Below are positions 9,503-18,404 of a DNA stretch of 64,000 nucleotides, one piece after another. Under the pieces are notes generated by a model. That model did not search any database. It was not told where the DNA came from and saw only the letters and a program-made list of their open reading frames with translations. Position numbers and translations under genes: made by a program. This stretch comes from a virus: the IMG/VR virus record IMGVR_UViG_3300012642_000011, positions 256,001 through 320,000 of that record. One strand, given 5' to 3'. Numbering within the stretch: position 1 is the stretch's first letter; every line of letters starts with the position of its first letter.

Positions 9503-10258
9503 TTATTTAGTCCAGCGTGCGACACGGGCGCGGCACTGATCAATGACGGATTGGTACTCGGGACGTGCGTCACGAATGATTTCAGGGTCAGTGGTTTCAA
9601 CCCATGAATCCGAGTCGCAGAGGATCTGGTGATCATCAAGAGTGCCTGACTTGCAACCGATATGGAGAACATGATCATCCGTGGTGCGGTGCAGGGTCCA
9701 ATTGAATTGCCGATTGGTGCAGAGTGTGCCGATCATAATATGCTTTTCTTCAGCCACTCGCGCGTACCCAAACACGTGTGCGTTACCAAAAACTCGCGCG
9801 TACCCAAACACCCGTGCGTTACCACACACCCGTGCCCAATTGTACACTTGTGCGTCATCGGACACTTGTGCGTTGTCTGTTACTTCTGCATTCTCAAATA
9901 TGTGTGCCTTACCAGCCACTTGAGCTTTGTCATAAATAAATGCGTCATCGGACACTAGTGCGTCCCCGAACACTTGTGCGTCCCCGAACACTTGTGCGTT
10001 ACCGGACACGCGTGCGTTGCCATATACACGCGCGTCATCGTACACCAAAGCGTTCCCTGACACTCGTGCGTCATCGTACACCATCGCCTCATCAGCGACC
10101 CATGCGCTATCGGAGAGGTTGTCCAGATGTTCCACGAAGCCGCCCAGATCGCCGGGCTTTACAGCGTGGTAGGGTAGTTCTCGTGTTGCACGAATGCGGT
10201 GGAGCGTTCGACCGTCGTAGTGAATCGTTTCATCTGTCAGTTCGAAATGCTTATTCAT
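9503..10258 (-). CDS. hexapeptide-repeat protein paralog 2 (non-repeat C-terminal extension)
   Basis: Same N-terminal domain and hexapeptide repeats. Own promoter TTGCGC-18-TAGGGT. Only 14 nt from the downstream paralog. Confidence 0.8.
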   Translation of the reverse strand: MNKHFELTDETIHYDGRTLHRIRATRELPYHAVKPGDLGGFVEHLDNLSDSAWVADEAMVYDDARVSGNALVYDDARVYGNARVSGNAQVFGDAQVFGDALVSDDAFIYDKAQVAGKAHIFENAEVTDNAQVSDDAQVYNWARVCGNARVFGYARVFGNAHVFGYARVAEEKHIMIGTLCTNRQFNWTLHRTTDDHVLHIGCKSGTLDDHQILCDSDSWVETTDPEIIRDARPEYQSVIDQCRARVARWTK

Positions 10259-10467
10259 GGCGTCTCCTTGAAAATGGTAGGGATTATCTTATCAACGATC
10301 CTATGCTGCCCTTACCCTATCATATGGGACGCTCTATGCGCAACCTATTTCTTGTACTAATTGGGCTATATTGCGACAAGTGATGCCGAAGTTTACACAA
10401 GGGGACACAGTAGCGAAAACAGAGAACGGACAAGGCGACAGTCGATGCCACCTTGTCCGTTCTCTGA

Positions 10468-10779
10468 TCAGGCTGCGAGGTTGTAGTAATCCTTGAGGTC
10501 AGTGTTCTTGAACCCACCCATAGCGTGAGCGTTTCGCTCCGACATGGCCCACGTGCGGATCTTCTTGTTCTGGGTGCGGTGGAAGTAGTTCCGGTTCCGC
10601 TGGACTCGCGTTCCGAAGTTGACGATATCCTCGTAGTTCGCGTAGGTGGTGTTGTCCTTCTTGTTCTTGACACGATTGATGGTGCTCTCATCGGCGGGGA
10701 AAAGGTAGATGCCCTTGCCGGGAACGCGGATCTCGACATGACCCTTGACATCGGAAGCGAAGACCTGGAAGTTCTGCAT
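10468..10779 (-). CDS. divergent Lsr2-like protein 103 aa (RGR motif replaced by MGG)
   Basis: N-terminal HVEIRVPGKGIYLFP resembles the Lsr2 N-terminal domain. C-terminal KKIRTWAMSERNAHAMGGFKNTDLKDYY is an Lsr2-like DNA-binding motif without the Arg-Gly-Arg core. Conserved leader. Confidence 0.6.
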   Translation of the reverse strand: MQNFQVFASDVKGHVEIRVPGKGIYLFPADESTINRVKNKKDNTTYANYEDIVNFGTRVQRNRNYFHRTQNKKIRTWAMSERNAHAMGGFKNTDLKDYYNLAA

Positions 10780-11022
10780 AATCTCTCCTTGAGAGTGGTA
10801 AGGGTCGCTCTGTGTTGCTCTCCCTTGCTGATGAGTCAATAGTAACACGGGGGACGCTCCATGCGCAACCTGACAGCAGAAATAATCTAGGGAGGCTCAC
10901 AACCTCTCGATTGGATCACTTCAATTCGTGATAGTATGCTCACACATACCTATGGGGACACATAACTTGCTGTAAACAGTCAAGTAGCACAGTAGGGATA
11001 CAACTACTGTGCTACTTGGGTT

Positions 11023-11724
11023 TTACCACCTGCAATCAAACCAATTAATTTCATCAGTAACTATTGCATTACCGGACACCCGCGAGTTACCAATCACCCG
11101 CGCATATTCGCAAACCCTCGAACAACCAGTCACTATTGCATTACCTGACACCAATGCTCTGTCTGTCACTTGTGCATTACCATTCACCATTGCTCTTTCA
11201 GAGACCAGTGAATTACCAAATACCTGTGCGTCACCCCTCACTATCGCGTCATCGATAACCCTTGTTTTGCCGTGTACACGAGCATTGCCAGACACATGCG
11301 CATGACCGAACACCCACGCTTCATCGAATACTCGTGCAGAGATATATACATATGCGTAACCGAACACCCGTGCGTCACCATAGACCCACGCTTCACCGGA
11401 CACTGATGAATTACCACTCACCAATGCGTTGCCGAAAACCCGCGCACTATTGTACACATGTGCAGTACCAGTCACCAATGCATTACCGGACACCATTGCC
11501 TTACCATTCACTTTTGCGCCCCCTGATACCCGCGCGTCCCCGTACACCATAGCCTCGCCACCGACCCATGCGATATCTGAAAGGTTATCCAAACGCTCCA
11601 CAAAACCACCCAGATCACCTGACTTTACGCGGTGCTCGGGCAAGTCTTGCGTGGCGCAGATACGATGGAGCGTGTGTCCTTCATAGCGGATCGTCTCATT
11701 TGTTAGTTCAAAGTGTTTAGTCAT
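11023..11724 (-). CDS. hexapeptide-repeat protein paralog 3
   Basis: Conserved N-terminal domain plus hexapeptide repeats. RBS GAGGAAAACC. Confidence 0.8.
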   Translation of the reverse strand: MTKHFELTNETIRYEGHTLHRICATQDLPEHRVKSGDLGGFVERLDNLSDIAWVGGEAMVYGDARVSGGAKVNGKAMVSGNALVTGTAHVYNSARVFGNALVSGNSSVSGEAWVYGDARVFGYAYVYISARVFDEAWVFGHAHVSGNARVHGKTRVIDDAIVRGDAQVFGNSLVSERAMVNGNAQVTDRALVSGNAIVTGCSRVCEYARVIGNSRVSGNAIVTDEINWFDCRW

Positions 11725-11825
11725 GGTTTTCCTCGTGAAGTAATGATCTTTGTTTATTTCCTATAGTAGATTTTTAGATTTTCCATCGGATTATTTCATT
11801 TCTTGATCAGGTTACTCACAGACGC

Positions 11826-12347
11826 TCACCTGTGCATCACGGTCACTTCTGCGTCGCCAGACACTCGCACGTCACCTGTCATCCATGCTTCTCCAAACAC
11901 GCGTGCGTTACCAATCACATTCACGCTGTCGGCCACAACCGCTTCCCCATACACGTGAGCATTCTCAGCCACGTATGCATTACCGGACACTCGCGTGTCG
12001 CCATGCACTCGCGCGTCACCTGTCACCCATGCTTCGCCGTACACTCGCGCATTACCGAACACCCGCGCGCGACCATCCACCAGTGCGTTACCGGCCACCT
12101 GTGCATTACCAGACACCTCTGCATTGCTGTACACCTGCGCGTTATCATATACTCGCGCGTCATCGTACACCTTGGCCTCATCAGCAACCCATGCGTTACC
12201 TGAAAGGTTGTCCATGCCCTCCACAAAACCGCCCAGATCACCGGCCTTCACGTCATGAATAGGCAGGTTTCGTGTTGCACGGATGCGGTAGAGCGTGCGG
12301 CCCTCATGATTGATGGTCTCGTCAGTCAGTTCGAAGTGCTTATTCAT
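11826..12347 (-). CDS. hexapeptide-repeat protein paralog 4
   Basis: Conserved N-terminal domain plus repeats. Own promoter TTGCGT-17-TAGGGT. Confidence 0.8.
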   Translation of the reverse strand: MNKHFELTDETINHEGRTLYRIRATRNLPIHDVKAGDLGGFVEGMDNLSGNAWVADEAKVYDDARVYDNAQVYSNAEVSGNAQVAGNALVDGRARVFGNARVYGEAWVTGDARVHGDTRVSGNAYVAENAHVYGEAVVADSVNVIGNARVFGEAWMTGDVRVSGDAEVTVMHR

Positions 12348-12573
12348 AGTTTCTCCTTGAAATGGTAGGTGATGACCTTACCCTATCATGGAGACGACCC
12401 ATACGCAACATGTGCAGCATGAATGATCTATGGAGACTCACGGTATCTCAATTGGGTCATTTCAACTCATGAGACTACTAAAGGGACACAAAACGTGGTA
12501 CAAACAAGGCAATCAGCACAGTAGGAATCCCACTACTGTGCTGATTGCCTTTTATTGCTTGGAATCAGGCCGC

Positions 12574-13038
12574 TCAATCAGTGCCGATTACCGACATCTC
12601 ATCGAACACTCGCGCGTCGCCGGACACTCGTGCGTTACCGGACACCCATGCGTTACCGAACACGTTCGCATCACCGGACACCCATGCGCTACCGGAGACA
12701 TATGCCCCTTCGTACACCCACGCATTGCCATAGACCCATGCATCGTCGTACACACGCGCATTGCCAAACACTCGTGCGTTACCGGACACTCGGGCGTAAC
12801 CGAACACTCGCGCGTTGTCATACACTCGCGCGTTATCAGTCACGTGTGCATTGCCGTACACCTTCGCCATATCAGCGACCCACGCGTTATGTGAGAGATT
12901 GTCCGTGCCCTCCACGAAACCACCCAGATCACCCTGCAGCACGTTGTGCTCTGGCAGGTCGCGTGTGGCACGGATGCGATAGAGCGTGCGACCCTCATGG
13001 TTGATGGTCTCGTCAGTCAGTTCGAAGTGGTTGCTCAT
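12574..13038 (-). CDS. hexapeptide-repeat protein paralog 5
   Basis: Conserved N-terminal domain plus repeats. Confidence 0.8.
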   Translation of the reverse strand: MSNHFELTDETINHEGRTLYRIRATRDLPEHNVLQGDLGGFVEGTDNLSHNAWVADMAKVYGNAHVTDNARVYDNARVFGYARVSGNARVFGNARVYDDAWVYGNAWVYEGAYVSGSAWVSGDANVFGNAWVSGNARVSGDARVFDEMSVIGTD

Positions 13039-13268
13039 AGCGTCTCCTTGAGAGTGGTAGGGTGTTGTCCTATTGACGTTCCCGTGATTCCCTTATCCTA
13101 TCATGGGAGACGCTCCACATGCAACACTAGTGATCTAGGGAGGCTCACGACATCTCAATTGGATCACTTCAACTCGTAAGAATGCTAAAGGGACACAAAG
13201 TATTAAGTAAACAATCAGGTAGCACAGTAGTGGTATTCCTACTGTACTACCTGACTTTTGTTGCTTGA

Positions 13269-14084
13269 TCAGGTCGCTCGTTCGTTACCTAACACTCGTG
13301 CGTAACCATACACCAGCGCGTTGTCGGTCACCCATGCATCACCCTGCACCTGAGCGTTGTCTTCCACTCGCGCATAGGTGAGCACGCATGCGTTACCAAA
13401 CACTCGCGCGTTACCGGACACTCGCGCATAGTCAGTCACTTGCGCGTTATCGTACACCATTGCACCACCGAACACCTGAGCGTTACCGGACACCTGTGCC
13501 TCACCGAACACTTGGGCGTTACGAGATACCCACGCGTTACCGGACACCACTGCATCGCCGTACACTTGTGCGTCTTCATCAATATATGCACCACCGAACA
13601 CCTGAGCGTTACCGTACACTCGGGCGCAATCGGACACTCGTGCGTTATCGTACACTCGCGCGTCGCAAAGCACTAGCGCGTTACCCGTCACTCGCGCGTT
13701 ACCGGACACTCGCGCATAGTCAGTCACTTGCGCGTTATCGTACACCATTGCACCACCGAACACCTGAGCGTTACCGGACACCTGTGCCTCACCGAACACC
13801 CAAGCGTAACCGAACACTCGCGCGTCGTCGCCAATATATGCCTTACCGAACACCCATGCATCATTGGATACCCGTGCGTTACCAGATACCAGCGCGTTAC
13901 CAAACACATACGCCTCATCAGCAACCCATGCATCATCTGAAAGGTTGTCCAGACGCTCCACGTAACCACCCAGATCCCCAGCCTTCACATCATGATCGGG
14001 CAGATCTCGTGTCGCACGGATACGATAGAGCGTTCGACCGTAGCGGATGATGGTATCGTTTGTCAGTTCGAAGTGCTTGCTCAT
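13269..14084 (-). CDS. hexapeptide-repeat protein paralog 6 (longest, internal duplication)
   Basis: Conserved N-terminal domain plus repeats. Internal near-identical segment duplication (GNAQVFGGAMVYDNAQVTDYARVSGNARV twice). Confidence 0.8.
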   Translation of the reverse strand: MSKHFELTNDTIIRYGRTLYRIRATRDLPDHDVKAGDLGGYVERLDNLSDDAWVADEAYVFGNALVSGNARVSNDAWVFGKAYIGDDARVFGYAWVFGEAQVSGNAQVFGGAMVYDNAQVTDYARVSGNARVTGNALVLCDARVYDNARVSDCARVYGNAQVFGGAYIDEDAQVYGDAVVSGNAWVSRNAQVFGEAQVSGNAQVFGGAMVYDNAQVTDYARVSGNARVFGNACVLTYARVEDNAQVQGDAWVTDNALVYGYARVLGNERAT

Positions 14085-14337
14085 GATTTCTCCTTATGAA
14101 TGAGGGGCGATTCGTGTTTGCTGCCTTCGTCGCTAACGCAACTCTACCATAGGAAACACTCCACTATCAACTCTGAAACGAAACTTCAAGGTCAATTCTT
14201 ACCATCCTTTGAGTATAGGGGACACAAGTTGCGAGGGTGTTTCCTACAAGTCCTCATGGTCTCCCCATGTTGACAATGAGTTACCCATGTGTTAGATTTA
14301 AGTCATCAACAGGTTCATTGGTACAGGAGAGTGAAAC

Positions 14338-14709
14338 ATGAAGCAGGGATTGATCGTACTCATTGATGATCTGAGGTCATTCAAGGATGCTCAGATGATG
14401 GAGAATGCTGTAGTGATCCGCACAATCAAAGATGCGCTGACGTGGCTGGATGCTTCCAGTGGTGTTCATGTTGCCCAGTTGTGGCTTGACCATGATCTTG
14501 GCGAGGTGGATGGTGTTGCTACAGACGTGATGCCGTTCGTGAACTTGCTGGAAGAGCGACTTGCCTTGGGAGAGGACGCTCCGTATATTGACGATGTGAT
14601 CGTCCACACTTCGAACACTGTGGGTCGCTCTCGCATGATTGCTGCCTTGTCGGGCCGTGTGGGTCGCGTGGTGGTTGTGGACGCTGGCGCGTACTTCACC
14701 GCTCAGTAA
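14338..14709 (+). CDS. CheY-like receiver (REC) domain-like protein
   Basis: LIVLIDD (beta1 acidic pair) and LWLDHDLGEVDG (beta3 phospho-acceptor-like) then VIVHTSN. RBS CAGGAGAGTGAAAC. Bidirectional terminator 14712-14765. Confidence 0.65.
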   Translation: MKQGLIVLIDDLRSFKDAQMMENAVVIRTIKDALTWLDASSGVHVAQLWLDHDLGEVDGVATDVMPFVNLLEERLALGEDAPYIDDVIVHTSNTVGRSRMIAALSGRVGRVVVVDAGAYFTAQ

Positions 14710-14711
14710 GT

Positions 14712-14765
14712 CGCCCATACGGCGCAAGAAGGCCGATCAGTAATCACTACTACTGATCGGCCTTC
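14712..14765. terminator. bidirectional hairpin (GAAGGCCGATCAGTA...TACTGATCGGCCTTC)
   Basis: Between convergent genes. Confidence 0.65.
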
Positions 14766-14799
14766 TTGTCGCTGATGATCACTCCTTGAGGAGAACGGG

Positions 14800-15315
14800 T
14801 CAGATAGTCATGACTTTGTAGAATTCAACTTCCTCACCAGGCTCATGCCGACGTGAATTAATCAGGTCAATGCACAGGTACTGACCCTTGTCATTCTTCA
14901 GAGACCATCCGTTCTCATCAGAATCAAGCACACGAGACAAACCATTATAAAAATCCCTGTTTTTGATGTACTGGTACTCGATTTCAAGGGTCTTCTGGGC
15001 GTATTCACCTCGTGCGATTTCAGCAAGCATACGGATGGGTTCAGGCAGAGACTTCACCTCATCCTCAGAGAGATCCACGAAAGCATGCTCCTGAGTGGTC
15101 ATGGCAGCGTGGAACTCCTGCAACTTCTGTGACTTCTGTCGCTCTGGATTTGTGCTCATGACGTGCCAATACCTATTTTTCTGTACTCTCGTAATGAGCA
15201 TCTTATAGCAGATCTTGGCAATGTCCTCATCAGAGTGAGCGAGGTATCGGAGGTCTCCTGATGATTTGTTTGGGAAGGTGACAATCATAGGGTAATTCGT
15301 GTATCTCTGTTTCAT
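14800..15315 (-). CDS. hypothetical protein 171 aa (paralog pair A)
   Basis: ORF trimmed to the ATG with RBS AAAGGAGAAAACC. Shares FVDLSEDEVKSLPEP and DENGWSLKNDKGQYL with the next gene. Confidence 0.7.
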   Translation of the reverse strand: MKQRYTNYPMIVTFPNKSSGDLRYLAHSDEDIAKICYKMLITRVQKNRYWHVMSTNPERQKSQKLQEFHAAMTTQEHAFVDLSEDEVKSLPEPIRMLAEIARGEYAQKTLEIEYQYIKNRDFYNGLSRVLDSDENGWSLKNDKGQYLCIDLINSRRHEPGEEVEFYKVMTI

Positions 15316-15465
15316 GGTTTTCTCCTTTGATGGACATGTTTTCATTACAACATTACAAGACAATGTGTTCATTGTCAACACAGAAAACACAAGGTTTACT
15401 GATAATCAAGGGACACAAGACGTGAAGCGCCCCTGTAGAGACTGTTCTACAGGGAGGCTACACGA

Positions 15466-15978
15466 TCAGAAAGATTCACTGTGCTCTACGTAACACTCTT
15501 CGTACTGATGCGTTACCCGATGAGAGATCAAGATGTGGCTAAGATACCGATCACCCTTATTCCCTTTCAGAGACCAACCATCCTCGCCCATGTTCTTGAT
15601 CGAAAGGACGCCCTGCGCGAATGCCAAATCCTCCGAAAGATATGAATTCTCTCGCTTAACGGCCTCACGATAGGAACGACGAGCAGCGAGAGCGTTCTTC
15701 TTTACAGGATCAGGGAGGGAAAGCACTTCCTCCTCAGACAGATCAATAAAACTCTTTTCGCTTTCCTTCAGACGAGAGCGAAGACGCGATTCAGTCTCGC
15801 GCATTTCTTTTCGCGTTCGGTCGTAGTCGGGATACCAACCGTCCTCATCACGCTCAAGGAGGATCTTGCGGCATACCTTAGCCGTGTCCTCAGGGGAGTT
15901 GACGATAAAGAATCGATCAGCGTGCTTCTCATGGAAGACAAGGATGGCAGGGTATTCGATCTTCGAGGTGATCAGCAT
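15466..15978 (-). CDS. hypothetical protein 170 aa (paralog pair A)
   Basis: RBS GAAGGAGAAGTAATA before ATG. Paralog of 14800..15315. Confidence 0.7.
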   Translation of the reverse strand: MLITSKIEYPAILVFHEKHADRFFIVNSPEDTAKVCRKILLERDEDGWYPDYDRTRKEMRETESRLRSRLKESEKSFIDLSEEEVLSLPDPVKKNALAARRSYREAVKRENSYLSEDLAFAQGVLSIKNMGEDGWSLKGNKGDRYLSHILISHRVTHQYEECYVEHSESF

Positions 15979-15980
15979 TA

Positions 15981-16190
15981 TTACTTCTCCTTCTCGGAAA
16001 CAGTCAACAGTGGAGCGCCGCATGGAGAAACCACGGTGTAGTCGTCCAGAGAGCGATCAGAGGTGAGCAGGGTATCCCCTGCATCCTCGGCTGCCTTCAG
16101 GGTCTTGAACTCGCCTACGGTACGGCCAGAGACCTTCAGCGTGTACACCAGAGGGGACGTGACAGCATCAGTGATCAGAGCGTGCTTCAT
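15981..16190 (-). CDS. hypothetical protein 69 aa
   Basis: ATG 2 nt after the stop of the upstream gene. Likely translationally coupled. Confidence 0.55.
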   Translation of the reverse strand: MKHALITDAVTSPLVYTLKVSGRTVGEFKTLKAAEDAGDTLLTSDRSLDDYTVVSPCGAPLLTVSEKEK

Positions 16191-16192
16191 GC

Positions 16193-16402
16193 TCACACCT
16201 GCTCGATCTTGATGATCTGGAAGTTCATGTCCTCCTCAGTCTCCAGGAACGTGGCATCGGTGAGCAGGTTAATGGCTTCAGAAAGACCATTCGCCTGCAC
16301 GGTGACCGTTGCGTCCTTGGCGATGAAACCGTTGTCTTCCTCACGCGCAGCCGTGAAATTATCACCCTTGCGGAGCAGGAAGCGGGCGGTGTACTTGAAC
16401 AT
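16193..16402 (-). CDS. hypothetical protein 69 aa
   Basis: RBS AAAGGGAACACC. Promoter TTGCAA-17-TACGAT at about 16456-16485. Confidence 0.65.
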   Translation of the reverse strand: MFKYTARFLLRKGDNFTAAREEDNGFIAKDATVTVQANGLSEAINLLTDATFLETEEDMNFQIIKIEQV

Positions 16403-16624
16403 GGTGTTCCCTTTCGTTGGAATGGTTCAGGAAGTCTTACTTGATGGAATCATCGTATCACAGGTTTCTTCTTGTTGCAAACGTAACTGTGTCATTCAGG
16501 CAGCAGCGCCGCTTGGGACACAGTTTGAGTATGTTGTATGCTGCATATAAATGCTGCAGTTTTTAAACGGGGAAACGCCCGCCGTCCTCCCTGTGTGGGA
16601 TTCTGGCGGGCCGTTAGCCTTGGA

Positions 16625-17038
16625 TCAGAGGTTGCCGTTCATGTCAACGACGAACACGTAGGCGAGCACCTGACCATCTTCTCCGATCTCGGTGCTGACG
16701 ACACCCTTGTGGACGAGGCTGGCGAGGACGCCACCACGCTGGTTCTTGGACTCCCAGTTGTCCATCGGCATGATGTCGAAGTCGCCCCAGAAGTCGAACT
16801 CGCCGGAGGCTTCCAGAGCATCCTGGATGATCTCGGTGACCAGCAGGGTCTCCTTCTCGGTCAGGTTGTACTTCGCCTTCACCTCAGCGGCAACGGAAGC
16901 GGCGGTCTTGGTCTCGGTCTCGGTGCTCTCACCGGAGGCATCCAGAACAGCCTCAGTCATCTCGGCCATCAGCAGGGACTCCTTCTCGGTCATCTTGAAC
17001 TGAGTCTTCAGGTCAGCGGCGGTCTTGTTCTCGGTCAT
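16625..17038 (-). CDS. hypothetical acidic protein 137 aa with internal repeat (paralog pair B)
   Basis: Internal duplication (TEKESLLMAEMTEAVLDASGE and TEKETLLVTEIIQDALEASGE). Conserved leader/promoter. Conserved-loop terminator 16572-16618. Confidence 0.7.
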   Translation of the reverse strand: MTENKTAADLKTQFKMTEKESLLMAEMTEAVLDASGESTETETKTAASVAAEVKAKYNLTEKETLLVTEIIQDALEASGEFDFWGDFDIMPMDNWESKNQRGGVLASLVHKGVVSTEIGEDGQVLAYVFVVDMNGNL

Positions 17039-17211
17039 GATGCTCTCCTTGGGGAGTGGTAGGGATTGCTCTGTTTTGCTCTCCCTGTTGATGACTCAAC
17101 TCTAACATGTGGGGACGCTCCATGTCAACTGGTTTGAGCAATAATTTTTAGGCAGCCGAAACGCACAGTGTTATCACAGGAAACAGAAAGGGACACAGAA
17201 CTTCTCGCAGT

Positions 17212-17312
17212 ATCAAAAAGTGGACTGATTGCATAGGCAGCATGCAACCAGTCCACTCAAGTGAGGTTCTCTTGTTGGTATCACTCTACAACAGGGGACG
17301 CTCCGTTGTCAA
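17212..17312 (-). ncRNA. candidate small RNA: conserved promoter (TTGACA-18-TAGAGT, 17283-17312) firing directly into a hairpin plus U-run (17212-17258), no ORF
   Basis: Predicted transcript about 65 nt: ACCAACAAGAGAACCUCACUUGAGUGGACUGGUUGCAUGCUGCCUAUGCAAUCAGUCCACUUUUUG. Confidence 0.4.
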
Positions 17313-17437
17313 CTCGATCTCGGGACAATCTGCAGCCTTTTGGTCAGATAGGCATTAGGGACACAAGATACGAGTGCCACCTAAAAAGGAAGGGGAGAGC
17401 ACAGCGCCTTGTGGTCTCCCCTTCCTGTGGCAGTGTG

Positions 17438-17722
17438 TCAGACTCTGCAACCATCCGAAGTGACCGCGATCACTCGAACAGTGTCATCATCCATAGACAC
17501 AATGCCATCCTCAACCAGGTGCTCAATAATCATCATTTGACGTTCACGGCTATCCCAGTCCAGCAACGGCAGGGAGTCGATCTCCACAGAAGCGTCGTAA
17601 CGTCCAGTAGACGACAGCGCTTGGTGCATGATGTCAGTAAGCATGAAGCCCTCAGAAGTGCTCAGTCCCAGATCGTGTTCGATAGACAGGGCCAAGTCTT
17701 CAGCGTCCATGTGTGCAGTCAT
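17438..17722 (-). CDS. hypothetical protein 94 aa (paralog pair B)
   Basis: Similar to the C-terminal half of 16625..17038. RBS TAGGAGAACATC. Terminator 17385-17435. Confidence 0.7.
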   Translation of the reverse strand: MTAHMDAEDLALSIEHDLGLSTSEGFMLTDIMHQALSSTGRYDASVEIDSLPLLDWDSRERQMMIIEHLVEDGIVSMDDDTVRVIAVTSDGCRV

Positions 17723-17898
17723 GATGTTCTCCTATGAGTAGTGATGTTGCTTCTTGCAACATTTCGTATGTACAGAAATAATCTTACATGAGTAATTGGA
17801 ACATGTCAACCTACACCATGATCAGAACAGATGCAAGGAGGTAACGAGTTCGTCGTTTCGGTCTAGCACGGGGACGCTCCACGATCTTCGGAAATCAT

Positions 17899-17927
17899 GT
17901 TGCACATGAAGCGTCCCCGTGGTAGAG
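17899..17927 (+). promoter_or_regulatory. conserved promoter on the + strand (TTGCAC-ATGAAGCGTCCCCGTGG-TAGAGT) plus leader variant 2
   Basis: Same spacer motif, here in the orientation of a + gene (17993..18268). Confidence 0.65.
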
Positions 17928-17992
17928 TTGAGTCATCAACAAGGGAGAGCAACACAGAGCAATCCCGCACTACTCTCATCAAGGAGAACATC

Positions 17993-18268
17993 ATGAGCAA
18001 GCGTCGTGATGACATGGTTATCGCAGAACTGTCTTTTGAACTGGGTCGCATGGGATATGACCCGTATGGCACCTCTGAGCAGATCAAGATGCTGCCTCTT
18101 CGGGGTGGTCATCGGCTCTTCATTGACGGTCAGGAAGCCATGCAGGTCATGCAGTACATGGGGATGGCTGATCTTGCCTACTACGATTGTGGTCGGGGTG
18201 TGATCGAGACGGATAAGGGCGTAGATGATCTTCACGATCTGTTCCGCTCCATCCTGAAGGTCCAGTGA
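17993..18268 (+). CDS. hypothetical protein 91 aa
   Basis: Conserved + oriented promoter (17899-17927) and leader. RBS CAAGGAGAACATC. Confidence 0.7.
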   Translation: MSKRRDDMVIAELSFELGRMGYDPYGTSEQIKMLPLRGGHRLFIDGQEAMQVMQYMGMADLAYYDCGRGVIETDKGVDDLHDLFRSILKVQ

Positions 18269-18342
18269 TCCTGATGCCGCCCGTGAGGGTGGTGTCATAG
18301 GGGACACAATTCCTGAATTACCATACTGAGATCTGTTCTCAA

Positions 18343-18400
18343 CATGAACAACGTCCCGCTATCGTCTCTTTCGTGAGATTCTAGCGGGACGTTGTTCTTT
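18343..18400. terminator. bidirectional hairpin plus TTTTGCTTC
   Basis: GAACAACGTCCCGCTA...TAGCGGGACGTTGTTC. Confidence 0.7.
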
Positions 18401-18404
18401 TGCT

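Noticed and set aside
8675-13260. Possible CRISPR-like array suggested by repeated hairpins (GGTAGCACAGTAG...CTACTGTGCTACC) at regular intervals
   Set aside because: The repeats are 3' hairpins of tandemly duplicated genes separated by 0.5-2.2 kb of coding sequence, not short regularly spaced repeats and spacers. There are no cas genes.
8736-13969. Numerous His/Cys/Thr-rich ORFs on the + strand antisense to the hexapeptide-repeat genes (for example 8736..9344, 9662..9958, 11832..12203, 13388..14050)
   Set aside because: They are the low-complexity opposite-strand reading frames of the GNAxVx repeats. None has an RBS, and the sense genes have clear RBS, promoters and conserved domains.
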